A DNA stretch of 64,000 nucleotides, taken from contig JBKAGE010000047.1 in assembly GCA_046290225.1 (NCBI GenBank), positions 1 to 64,000 of the forward strand, given 5' to 3'. The translations under genes and the position numbers were made by a program. The stretch comes from Bradymonadia bacterium (GTDB lineage: Bacteria > Myxococcota_A > Bradymonadia > UBA7976 > UBA1532). Below, piece by piece: positions 38,643 through 47,878 of this stretch (its first letter is position 1; every line of letters starts with the position of its first letter). The notes under the pieces were generated by a model that saw only the letters and a program-made list of their open reading frames with translations, searched no databases and was not told where the DNA came from.

Positions 38643-40360
38643 TGGCAGGCTCATCGGCGGTTCCAGCACACCCCCACCACGACGATCAAGCTCTGCAGCG
38701 CCAGCTGCAGCTCGCTGATCTCACGGCGAAGCTGAGCACCGCTGAAGACGAGCCTGCCCTGGTCTACGCCCTCACCGAGGCCCTGAGCAGCCTCGAGCCC
38801 ACACACTGCATGATCCTCTGGGTCCCCCCTGACGCGGCACCCACTCTCTGGACCGCAGGCCCGGAGGGCTGCGACACCCGAGACGACGAGCTGACGCTCC
38901 AGGCTCGCCTCCGGCTCGAGCCCGGGGCCCCCAAAGGGCTGACGCCGAAACGCTGGGTGCACATCAACCGATCCTGGCGCCACTCGACGGCCCACACTCG
39001 GCTGATTTGTCACCCCATCCTGGTGCACAACCACATCCGGGGCATGGTGGCGGTCCGCGTACCCGCGGACCTCGGCACCGACAACGCCGATCTTCTGCGT
39101 ATGCTCGTGGCCCGTGTGGGCCCGCCCATGGAGCAGCTGCGCCGCCTGAAAGGCCTGGCCCGCACCAACCAGGAGCTGGACCAGGCCAGTGAAGCCCTCA
39201 AGCGCACTCAGGCTGATCTGGTGAGCGCCGAGCGTATGGCCGCCTTGGGCCAGATGGCCACGGGGGTGGCCCACGAAATCAACAACCCCCTGGCCTATGT
39301 GAAGAGCAACATCGAGGTGATGCGCCACTACCTCGAGGCCCTCTCCGAGGTGATCAGGCTACACGGCGAAGGGGATCACGAGAGCGCGCGCATGCAGGCG
39401 GTGGATCTGCACCACCAGGGCCTCGTGGGCGAGCTGCGGGATCTGATCGACGAGACCACCGACGGTGCGGAGCGCGCATACAAAGTGGTGCGCGATCTCA
39501 AAGCTTTTGGCCCTCAGGCCACCTCGAGCTGGGTGAAGCTCGATCCGGCAGAACTGGTGCAGAACACGCTGCACGTGCTTCACGGCGACATCAAAGCCCG
39601 AGCCACGGTGACGGCAGAGATCTTCGACTCGCCTCTCGTCTACGGAGACACGGGCCGTCTCAGGCAGGCCCTCATGTGCTTGCTGGTGAACGCCGCCCAG
39701 GCGATCCCGCTCGAACGGCGAGGGCGCATCGAGGTGCGCTGCCGCCCTGAAGGCGATGGCGTGTGCATCGAGGTGGCCGACAACGGCGAGGGGGTCTCCG
39801 CGGAGCAGCGCAGCCGCATCTTCGAGCCGTTCTTCACCACCCGGAGCGGCACGCTGGGCAGCGGGCTGGGTCTGGCCATCGTCCGCGACGTGGTCCGCGG
39901 CCACGGCGGTCGCGTCGACGTCCGCTCTGTACCTGGTGAGGGCTCGGTCTTTGCCATCTGGCTGCCTCCCGCTCAGAGCCTCGCCGCCGAAGATCGCCCC
40001 ACGGTGCTCTTCGTCGATGACGCCCAGGTCTGGCTGAACGCCTACCATCGCGCCTACAGCGCCAATGCTCGAGTGATTCTGGCTCACGGCACCACGGCGG
40101 GCATCAAGGCCCTGAGCCAGGAGCCCCACATCGACGCGGTGGTCTGTGATCTGCATTTGCCCGACCAGGGTGGGCAGCTGATCTACAACTGGCTGGCAGA
40201 GCACCAGCCTCAGCTCTGCAACCACTTCGTCGGCGCCACCGACGGGCCACACGACGACGGCATCCGTCGATTCCTCGACACCACCGAGCTGCCGGTGCTC
40301 TACAAATCTTTTGGGATGGCTGATCTCAACGAGGCCCTCGCAAAGGTCCTCGAAGACTGA
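38639..40360 (+). CDS. hybrid sensor histidine kinase
   Basis: GVAHEINNPL H-box, NAAQA, DNGEG, FEPFFTT, GLGL; C-terminal REC. Confidence 0.9.
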   Translation: MMAGSSAVPAHPHHDDQALQRQLQLADLTAKLSTAEDEPALVYALTEALSSLEPTHCMILWVPPDAAPTLWTAGPEGCDTRDDELTLQARLRLEPGAPKGLTPKRWVHINRSWRHSTAHTRLICHPILVHNHIRGMVAVRVPADLGTDNADLLRMLVARVGPPMEQLRRLKGLARTNQELDQASEALKRTQADLVSAERMAALGQMATGVAHEINNPLAYVKSNIEVMRHYLEALSEVIRLHGEGDHESARMQAVDLHHQGLVGELRDLIDETTDGAERAYKVVRDLKAFGPQATSSWVKLDPAELVQNTLHVLHGDIKARATVTAEIFDSPLVYGDTGRLRQALMCLLVNAAQAIPLERRGRIEVRCRPEGDGVCIEVADNGEGVSAEQRSRIFEPFFTTRSGTLGSGLGLAIVRDVVRGHGGRVDVRSVPGEGSVFAIWLPPAQSLAAEDRPTVLFVDDAQVWLNAYHRAYSANARVILAHGTTAGIKALSQEPHIDAVVCDLHLPDQGGQLIYNWLAEHQPQLCNHFVGATDGPHDDGIRRFLDTTELPVLYKSFGMADLNEALAKVLED

Positions 40361-40400
40361 GCGGGTGGGTCTGCTCAGGCAGGTCTGAACGACGCATGCC

Positions 40401-40892
40401 TCAGGGGGTGGGGGTGGCGCACTGGGCGGTGACCTGAGCGGCGCACTTCAAACCCTGAGCCACGATGGTGGCGATCATCTGACGACGGGCCTTCTTGCAG
40501 GCGGGGGTCTTGTAGTCGTCGCGGCACTGCTGCACACAAGCGCGCTTGTCGCCGCGGGCCTCTTTGAAGTCGCCGCGCTTGTCCTTGCGGCAGGCGCTCT
40601 TGCACTGACGCTTGGCCTTGCCCTTCTTGCCGTCACACTTGTTGAGGCAGCTCTTCTTGTCGTTGCGGGCATCGCCCTTGGCATCTCGCTTGTCGACGCG
40701 ACATACCTTCTTGCAGTCCCGCAGGGCCGCACAGGCGTTTCGAGAAGCCTTGATCTTTTTAGCCACCTTGGTGCCCCCACCGACGCACCCGCCGATGGCC
40801 TGAGCGCAGGCCAGAGGGCCAGCGCTGGCGGTGCTGGGCAGCAAGAGCCCGGCGAAGAACAAGAACGCGATGGACATGATGGACTTGTGCAT
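40401..40892 (-). CDS. secreted cationic cysteine-rich protein (14 Cys)
   Basis: Signal peptide, four CxxxC pairs, Lys/Arg rich; GGAG RBS. Confidence 0.75.
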   Translation of the reverse strand: MHKSIMSIAFLFFAGLLLPSTASAGPLACAQAIGGCVGGGTKVAKKIKASRNACAALRDCKKVCRVDKRDAKGDARNDKKSCLNKCDGKKGKAKRQCKSACRKDKRGDFKEARGDKRACVQQCRDDYKTPACKKARRQMIATIVAQGLKCAAQVTAQCATPTP

Positions 40893-41160
40893 TTGATGTC
40901 TCCCTGTGTGTTTTTCCCTCAAACGTGGTCGCTCTCCTCGACCAAACGTTCGCCGACGGTGTGCTCTGTGAGGTATTCAACCTCACCTGGGGTTTTCTGA
41001 CAGTTTTTCATGTCAGCCACCCATCTCCTGCACATGATCGGCCCTCCTTTTTTCGACACCCTGACAAAGTGTCTTAAACCCTCGAGCGATCACACTGACC
41101 CTTTGAGGCGAGTTGGGGTCTGTGTCAGGATGGTCACTCGTCCTCATAGAGTGAGTGCCC

Positions 41161-41733
41161 ATGAAGTCACACCTCAAGATCGCGCTGGTGCTGACAGGCA
41201 GTGTGTCGTGCCTCAGCGCATGTGCGCCTCCAGAGCAAGTGGAGCGTGAACTCAAATCGCAGGAGGCCCCCGCGACGACGCGTCAGCAGAGCCTGGACGT
41301 GGCTGCGATTCAGGGCCAGCCCGACTTCCGATGGCGCCCCACAGGGGCCCTCGCTCAGCTCGACCTCGAGGCCAGCGCCATTCCGATCCTCGCGCCGGGG
41401 CCAACGCTGGGCTGGGCGCCCACCAGAACGCAGCTCACCCCCATCAATGGGGGCCATGCCCTGGCCATGCACAGCGATGACCTGCACATCTTCGTCCGGG
41501 GCACCACACGGGCCACAGTGCGCCCTGATCTCACCGAGGAGCTGTCCACCCTCGACCCTGCTGCGGTGCGTACATCCCACGCCCACCATGTATGGAGCGC
41601 CGCCTTTCAGCGCTTCGGGGTCTCGTGGCTGGTCACAGTGGAGTGTGCCGATCCACATGGAGACACCCGCTGTGTCGATGATGCCTTTGTGCACACCGTG
41701 GTGAAGAGTTTGCGCATCCTGGAGGCACCATGA
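41161..41733 (+). CDS. hypothetical lipoprotein
   Basis: Lipobox LSAC; ATGA overlap with the M23 gene. Confidence 0.65.
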   Translation: MKSHLKIALVLTGSVSCLSACAPPEQVERELKSQEAPATTRQQSLDVAAIQGQPDFRWRPTGALAQLDLEASAIPILAPGPTLGWAPTRTQLTPINGGHALAMHSDDLHIFVRGTTRATVRPDLTEELSTLDPAAVRTSHAHHVWSAAFQRFGVSWLVTVECADPHGDTRCVDDAFVHTVVKSLRILEAP

Positions 41734-43211
41734 GCCGCCGGTTGATCGTGGCGCTGATGATGTGTGTGGCCAGCACGGCCCACGGGCAGGCATTCGAATA
41801 CAACCCGCCCGGGCAACTGCACCCGGGCAGCGGTCAGGGCCGCGTCGACGAGCAGGTCTATGTGCCCGGCATGCGGTTCCCCATCGAAGAGGCGCCGGCG
41901 TTTGCCAACTCTCAGGTCTGGGGCCGCGGTGGCTCTCAAGGCGGTGGTGGAGGCCAGTGCGACGGGCAGAACTACAGCTACCCCTGGTCCGACAACTTCT
42001 GCGAGTCCCGACAGTGGAACATGCCCCTGTGCCCATCCGGGAACGGGCACCAGGGCCAGGACATCCGGCCCGCCACCTGTGAAGATCAGCGCTGGTGGGC
42101 CGTGGCTGCCGAAGACGGCCGCATCACCAACATCGGGTCCTACTCGGTCTACCTCGACTCTGACAGCGGCACCCTGCACCGCTATCTGCACATGGATCCC
42201 GGCAGCCTGCGCGTCAGAGAAGGCCAGCGGGTGAGCCAGGGCGATCGCCTCGGCCTCGTGTCCAACGCCTTCGGCGGCACGCCCACCACGATCCACCTGC
42301 ATTACGACCTCAACCAGAACGTCGCCGGTGTGGGTCAGGTCTACGTGCCCACCTATATGTCGCTGGTTCGATCCTACGAGCGGCTCATCGGCATGCCCGC
42401 AGAGCCCTGCGCCATCATCCCTGCAGCAGGCGGTACTCTGGACAACGACAGTCGCTGCTTCGACCGGTTCGGTCCGCCAGCGACGTGGCGCCTCGCAGAG
42501 GGGCCTGGAGAAGGTGGCAGTCTCCTCTGGACCTTCGCCTGGACGAACGACACCCCGGGGAACTGGGCCCGCTGGCGCATCGAGATGGCTCAAGGGGGCC
42601 GCTTCGAGATCCAAGCCCGCCTCGAGGCCGCCTATGCCTCGTCTCAGCAAGCCCTCTACCGCGTGCGACACAGCGGCCGCGAGACCCCGGTGCAGGTCAA
42701 CCTGGCCAACGCCGGGCAGTGGTTGTCGCTGGGCACCTTCGACCTCGCTCAGGGGGGCGATCAGTGGGTGGCCGTCTACGACAACACCGGTGAAGATCGA
42801 GATCTCGAACGCCGCATCATGGCCGACGCCATCCGGATCGTGCCCGAGCGCGTCATGATGCCCGACGCAGACGTGCCGCCCCCACCCCCGGTAGACGCCG
42901 GGGTGGTGGACGATCCCGACGCCTTCTTCGACAACCGGCCTGACGCCTTCGTCGACAACCGCCCCGACATGGGCATGGCGCAGCCTGACCGCGATCTCGG
43001 CGTCTCTCCTGATCGGGACGCCTACGTGAACCCCTTCGATCCGGCCTTCGACACCGACGCCGCCAAGCTGCCAGACCCGGAGCCCGTGAACCAGGATGCT
43101 ACCCGCTCGGTCAAGCTGACCGGCGGCTGCAGCGCCAGCGGTCATAGCCCGTCGGCGGTCTTGTGGTGTCTGGTGTTGGGGATATCGCTCTTCAGGCGTA
43201 GGAGGTCCTGA
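41730..43211 (+). CDS. M23 peptidase with golvesin-like domain and MYXO-CTERM-like anchor
   Basis: HQGQD, YLH, HLHY; W.SLG.F...ADAIRIV; GGCSAS...LWCLVLGISLFRRRRS. Confidence 0.8.
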   Translation: MSRRLIVALMMCVASTAHGQAFEYNPPGQLHPGSGQGRVDEQVYVPGMRFPIEEAPAFANSQVWGRGGSQGGGGGQCDGQNYSYPWSDNFCESRQWNMPLCPSGNGHQGQDIRPATCEDQRWWAVAAEDGRITNIGSYSVYLDSDSGTLHRYLHMDPGSLRVREGQRVSQGDRLGLVSNAFGGTPTTIHLHYDLNQNVAGVGQVYVPTYMSLVRSYERLIGMPAEPCAIIPAAGGTLDNDSRCFDRFGPPATWRLAEGPGEGGSLLWTFAWTNDTPGNWARWRIEMAQGGRFEIQARLEAAYASSQQALYRVRHSGRETPVQVNLANAGQWLSLGTFDLAQGGDQWVAVYDNTGEDRDLERRIMADAIRIVPERVMMPDADVPPPPPVDAGVVDDPDAFFDNRPDAFVDNRPDMGMAQPDRDLGVSPDRDAYVNPFDPAFDTDAAKLPDPEPVNQDATRSVKLTGGCSASGHSPSAVLWCLVLGISLFRRRRS

Positions 43212-43731
43212 GCGAGTCGATGCGATGTATCAACATGGCCTCGAGATCGGGATGGGTACCTTCCACAGCCTTCGCCACTGCCAGCGCCCACTCCCCATAG
43301 GCCACCACCCGCTTTGGTTCCCAGTTCTTGGGCGGATCAGCGAGCAAGTCACTGACATTGGAGATCTTGTCGGCGAGTTTCAGGCAGCGGGCCCGATGAC
43401 TGGCGTGGGCTGCGTGCTCCACCTGCAAGCGCTTGCGCTCCATCTTGGGCAGCCGCTTGTCGTCAGTGACCTCCATCACCAGATCGGCGATCTCATCACC
43501 GAACTCGGCCCGCACGTCAGCCTCGGTGGCCACTGTGTCCTCCACGACGTCGTGAAGCAGCGCCGCCGAGAGCAGGGCCACGTCTTGCAGCCCGCCGACC
43601 TCCACGAGCAGCCGGGCCACCTCGATACAGTGATCGATGTAGGGCTCAGCGCGGCTGCCTTTTCGCCGCTGATCGCGATGCATGCGGGCGGCGTAGGCAA
43701 GGGCACGGATGAAGGTGGGCTCAACGACCAT
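43192..43731 (-). CDS. HD-domain small alarmone hydrolase-like protein (SpoT HD/Mesh1-like)
   Basis: H.DQ.RK...PY..H, AALLHDVVEDT, EVTDDK, KLADK.SN. Confidence 0.85.
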   Translation of the reverse strand: MVVEPTFIRALAYAARMHRDQRRKGSRAEPYIDHCIEVARLLVEVGGLQDVALLSAALLHDVVEDTVATEADVRAEFGDEIADLVMEVTDDKRLPKMERKRLQVEHAAHASHRARCLKLADKISNVSDLLADPPKNWEPKRVVAYGEWALAVAKAVEGTHPDLEAMLIHRIDSLRTSYA

Positions 43732-43805
43732 GGTGTGTGACTCTCCTCGGGCATGTGCAGATGACGTGGTGTAGAGTAGCGGGCGATTTCATCAGGAGTG
43801 AACGG

Positions 43806-45005
43806 ATGCGCAGGACCACACTCGGGTTGTGGGCAATCATGGCCCTCGGCGCCCAAACGGGCTGTCAGAAGAGCGATCCCCCGAAGAAGGAGATCGTCGA
43901 GCGCAAGACCGCGCAGCAGGTCACCCCTGCCCTGGCCCGGACCTTCGCCGAGAGCTTCGAAAAGGCAGCGAAGAGCAAAGACGCTGTCGCCCTCAACAAT
44001 CTCATCGACTGGAACATGCTGCTGGAGATCTCCACTGAAGGGCTCGACCTGCCCTCTCAGATGAAGTCGGGCTTCATGAGCGGCCTCAAGTCCACCGCTG
44101 GGGGCGGCCCCCTCGCCGCAGGCATCATCCAGGCCCTCAACGCGGGCGGCTCGTACGACTTCTTGAAGGTTCGAGAGGTCAACGGTCAGCGCAGGGCGCT
44201 GTTTCGGCTGATCATGCCCGGCGAAGGCGGCGTGAACTATCACGACGTGGTGCTCGGCGCTGGCTCCGGGGGCAAGGTGAAGGCCATCGACATCTATGTC
44301 TACCTCACCGGTGAGCCCATCTCTCAGACCTTCCGTCGCTTGTTGATTCCCATGGCAGCCTCCACGGGGATCGCGGCGCGACTCGGCGGTGAAGAGGCCT
44401 TGCTGGTCAAGCACCTCGACGACCTCCAGGTGATCGGCAACGCGGTGCAGTCCGGTGATCACAAGACAGCCCTTCGCCGTTACGCGACCCTGCCCAAAGA
44501 ACTGCAAGAAGAGAAGTCGATCCAGCTGATGCGGCTGACGGCGGCTCAGAACGCCAACGACGACGTCCTCTACGCCAAGGCCATCGAAGAGGTGGAGCGC
44601 CTGTTCCCCAATGATCCGAGCCTCGACATGCTGCTCATCGACGGCTACTTCATGAAGAAGGACTGGGCCAAGGTGCTTGAGAGCGTCGACCGCCTCGACG
44701 CGCGCATCGGCGGCGATCCGTACCTCAACATCATGCGCTCCGGCGTGATGCTCGAGAAGGGCAGCAACGATGAAGCCCTGGCCCTGGGCGCCAAGGCCCT
44801 CGAGGCCCTGCCCGAGCTCGCCGACGCCCACTGGACCCACCTGTCGGCGGCCCTGCGCAGTGAGGACTATGCGCTGGCGCTCAAAGACATGAACACGCTC
44901 ACCTCGAAGTTTCAGGTCGTCTTCGGTGATCTGACGACGAACCCCGAGTTCGCCGGCTTTGTGAAGAGCCCGCAGTACACGGAGTGGAAGGCCGCTCATC
45001 CCTGA
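43806..45005 (+). CDS. hypothetical lipoprotein with TPR-like C-terminus
   Basis: Signal ending QTGC; helical repeats; strong codon bias. Confidence 0.7.
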   Translation: MRRTTLGLWAIMALGAQTGCQKSDPPKKEIVERKTAQQVTPALARTFAESFEKAAKSKDAVALNNLIDWNMLLEISTEGLDLPSQMKSGFMSGLKSTAGGGPLAAGIIQALNAGGSYDFLKVREVNGQRRALFRLIMPGEGGVNYHDVVLGAGSGGKVKAIDIYVYLTGEPISQTFRRLLIPMAASTGIAARLGGEEALLVKHLDDLQVIGNAVQSGDHKTALRRYATLPKELQEEKSIQLMRLTAAQNANDDVLYAKAIEEVERLFPNDPSLDMLLIDGYFMKKDWAKVLESVDRLDARIGGDPYLNIMRSGVMLEKGSNDEALALGAKALEALPELADAHWTHLSAALRSEDYALALKDMNTLTSKFQVVFGDLTTNPEFAGFVKSPQYTEWKAAHP

Positions 45006-45170
45006 GCTGCTTCAAAGCCAGCCACAACCAGCTGAAACCTCAAGCCATTTCATTTTGCCAAAGGAATCTCTTGACCCCGTCGAGACCCTTGGCAAGCCTT
45101 GCAGTGTTTCCCACCCCCATGGAGGGTTGTTCAATGAAGACTCTTATGTTCCAGCGTCGCCCCAACCGCT

Positions 45171-45230
45171 GAGGCGGACCCCCTCCATTTGAAGGGCTGG
45201 TCCGCTTCTCGGATCGGCCTTTTTCGCTTT
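45171..45230 (+). terminator. long hairpin followed by a T-tract
   Basis: GAGGCGGACC (45171-80) pairs with GGTCCGCTTC (45199-208); then CCTTTTTCGCTTT. Confidence 0.4.
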
Positions 45231-45420
45231 CTGGCCCTGCACAACACGATTTTCGACGCCCCTTGAGGGTTGTTGTCTCCAGGCCAGGCTGCGCGCTGAT
45301 CCCCATCAATCATCAACACCACACCCGTCTTGGGCGCACACGGAGTATGGAGGAGTGCGCCTCAACGGTGATCAGGCGACACATACAACCTGATCACCCT
45401 GCCCATGTTGGGGTTTTGAC

Positions 45421-46800
45421 ATGTTGGCTCGGGATTGGAACCGAATCAGACAGGCGGTGTCTCGGGGGTTTGCCGGTGAAGGCGGCGCCCATGAAGTCTC
45501 ACAACTGGCCTGGCCACTCGCGGTGGGCCTGATCTCCTACACATTGATGGGTGTCACCGACACCCTGCTCATGGCCCAGGTCGGCACGGTGCCCCTCGCC
45601 GGGGTGGGTCTGGGCTTCATCTTCAGTCTCTCGGCTGTCGCCTTCTTTCGAGGGCTGGTCTCTGGCGTACAGAGCGTCGTCGCTGGGGCTTTTGGTGACG
45701 ACAACACACAACGGGTGCGAGAAGCCGGCAGCGCTTCGGTGTTGATCGGCGTGATCTCAGGTGTGCTGGCGTCATTGTTGTTGTGGCTGTTGCTGCCGGT
45801 CTTGCCGGCCATGGCCGATGGTGAGGGGGTGGCCGACGTCGCCTTCGATTACGCCAGCATCAGGGTGTACGGGCTGCCGTTCGCCGTGGTGGGCTTTTCG
45901 CTCGTGGCAGCGTTGCAGGGCCTCGGCGACACCCGGACCCGCATGTGGGTGAGCCTCGCGGGCAACGTGGTGAACATCGTGCTCGATCTGATCCTCATCT
46001 TCGGGTGGGGTCCGATCCCGCCCATGGGTGCCGAGGGCGCGGCATGGGCCACGGTCATCGGCTCGGGGGTCATGATGGCGCTGTACGCGTGGCGCTTCCG
46101 GGCTCGCTTCGGCCCCTGGATACGCCCCACGCGTGCTGTGATTCAGGACACGATCGCCCTGGGCCTGCCCTCGGGCGGCCAAGCAGTGTTGGAGATGTCG
46201 GCTTTCTCCGTGGTGCAGATCATCGTGGCCCACGCAGGCGCCGCACATCTGGCGGCGAGTCAGATCGCCCTCAACATCATCAGCCTGTCGTTCTTGCCGG
46301 GTTTCGGCATCGGTGAGGCCGGTGGGGTGTTGGTGAGTCGTTACTTGGGCGCCTCTCGACGGCCGGTGGCCATGCGGGCGATCTCGTCGGCACGATCGCT
46401 GGCTCTGGGCGTCATGGGCATCATGGCGTTGATCTTCCTCTTCGGGGGGCACTTCATCGTCAGCCAGTTCTCAGATGATCCAGAGGTGGTGTCCATCGCC
46501 GCTGACTTGCTGATCCTTGCGGCGGCTTTCCAAATCTTCGACGCCTTGGCCATGGTGCACTTGTGTGCGTTGCGCGGCGCCGGAGATACCCGCTTCACCC
46601 TGGCCCTGGCCTCTTCGGTGTCGTGGGGCATCACCGTGCCCCTCACCTGGGCACTCGCGTTGTGGATGGGTTGGGGCGCTCCTGGTGCCTGGTTGGGCCT
46701 GACGCTGGAATTCGTCGTGGTCTCGTGGCTCTCAGCTGTGAGGCTCAGAGGTCTGGCTTCTGGACGGGTCGGTCGGGTGGATCTGCTGGTGGGCCGATAG
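45421..46800 (+). CDS. MATE family efflux transporter
   Basis: LAWP, DTLLM, GLGDTRT, GAEGAAWAT, LRGAGDT; ~12 TMs. Confidence 0.9.
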   Translation: MLARDWNRIRQAVSRGFAGEGGAHEVSQLAWPLAVGLISYTLMGVTDTLLMAQVGTVPLAGVGLGFIFSLSAVAFFRGLVSGVQSVVAGAFGDDNTQRVREAGSASVLIGVISGVLASLLLWLLLPVLPAMADGEGVADVAFDYASIRVYGLPFAVVGFSLVAALQGLGDTRTRMWVSLAGNVVNIVLDLILIFGWGPIPPMGAEGAAWATVIGSGVMMALYAWRFRARFGPWIRPTRAVIQDTIALGLPSGGQAVLEMSAFSVVQIIVAHAGAAHLAASQIALNIISLSFLPGFGIGEAGGVLVSRYLGASRRPVAMRAISSARSLALGVMGIMALIFLFGGHFIVSQFSDDPEVVSIAADLLILAAAFQIFDALAMVHLCALRGAGDTRFTLALASSVSWGITVPLTWALALWMGWGAPGAWLGLTLEFVVVSWLSAVRLRGLASGRVGRVDLLVGR

Positions 46801-46811
46801 AAAGGCCTTCA

Positions 46812-46853
46812 GAGTGAGGGCGATGAGTGCTCTTCGCCCTCACTCATTTGATT
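46812..46853 (+). terminator. intrinsic terminator-like hairpin
   Basis: GAGTGAGGGCGA/TCGCCCTCACTC 12-bp stem just after the MATE stop, T-rich tail. Confidence 0.65.
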
Positions 46854-46940
46854 GAATGCATCTATCAATTCATTTTTGAGAAGTAATTTAGGAACAGAAG
46901 ATGTAATTTGAAAAGACGAGGATGCGAGAACATTGCCTGT

Positions 46941-46972
46941 GGCACATATGACCTTTCATCATAATATGTGCC
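46941..46972. promoter_or_regulatory. inverted repeat GGCACATAT-N14-ATATGTGCC (operator candidate)
   Basis: Perfect 9-bp arms immediately upstream of the next gene, in an AT-rich region. Confidence 0.45.
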
Positions 46973-46990
46973 TTTGATGAGAGTGAATTG

Positions 46991-47878
46991 ATGATGTCAT
47001 TTCGACAGAACACACCATCTCCCACCCTCGACTCCTATGCCCCTGAAACAGTGGCCCGGCATCGACAGGCAGCGCTCGCTCTCCTTGCACGATTCACCCC
47101 CAACCTCACCCTTGAATCGATGGGTCGACTGTCCCATGCGGTCATCCAAGCCCTCGGCCCGCTCTCACTCAACCGCGACGTACTCACACGAGAGCTCGAA
47201 CAGGCGGGGCGCTTCAAAGCCTTTGGCGGCCACGAGAAGAGCCGGGCGCACCTGAGCAAAACGCTCAACGAGGTGTATGCCGATCTGAGCTTTCAGCCAC
47301 AGCTTGAGAGCATCCTGCCCACGCAGTATCCAGCCATGGCACCCGTGGGCGAGATCATCATCCGCCGCCATGGCGCTTACCGTCTCGCCAGCACTCAGAC
47401 CCGCTTTGCAGGCGGTGATCTGGAGCGTGAGGGCTTGCTGAGCCTCGTGCAACATGCCGCACGCCATCGCCTCCCGCTCACCATGCCCGTAGTGACTCGA
47501 TACACAGGGAACCAGAACCGGCCCTCGTCCAAGGCGAGCCTCGCGGTGATGTATGCCCCAACCGAGAACCTTCCCCTGGGTATGCAGGGCAACATCAGCG
47601 TCTTTGTGGTGCCCCCGGCTCGGGTGGTGGCCATGGGTATGCGGGGTGACTCTCTCATGGAGGTGGCCCGTCGATGTGGCCCCTGGCTCGATCGCTGGTT
47701 TGAGCGCCATGCTGACCGCTATGTGGCCGACGGCCCGCTCCGGGTGCTCACCTACAACCCTTCTGTGAGCCGAGATCGACGCAGCCGTTACTTCGAGCTC
47801 GAGCGCCCGATCCGTCCTGCTGGAGAAGCCTCGGGCTTTGATCCTATGGACGAGATGAGCCTCGACGGGGTCTGGTGA
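46991..47878 (+). CDS. SOUL heme-binding/GyrI-like domain protein
   Basis: TMPV, V...P...V...G.RG, R.L.YNP motifs in the C-terminal half. Confidence 0.55.
   Translation: MMSFRQNTPSPTLDSYAPETVARHRQAALALLARFTPNLTLESMGRLSHAVIQALGPLSLNRDVLTRELEQAGRFKAFGGHEKSRAHLSKTLNEVYADLSFQPQLESILPTQYPAMAPVGEIIIRRHGAYRLASTQTRFAGGDLEREGLLSLVQHAARHRLPLTMPVVTRYTGNQNRPSSKASLAVMYAPTENLPLGMQGNISVFVVPPARVVAMGMRGDSLMEVARRCGPWLDRWFERHADRYVADGPLRVLTYNPSVSRDRRSRYFELERPIRPAGEASGFDPMDEMSLDGVW

Noticed and set aside
43192..43731. HD hydrolase as a toxSAS antitoxin
   Set aside because: No alarmone synthetase is adjacent; stand-alone Mesh1-like genes are common
45090..45105. sigma54-like TGGCAAGCCTTGCA
   Set aside because: GG-to-GC spacing is 2 bp too short
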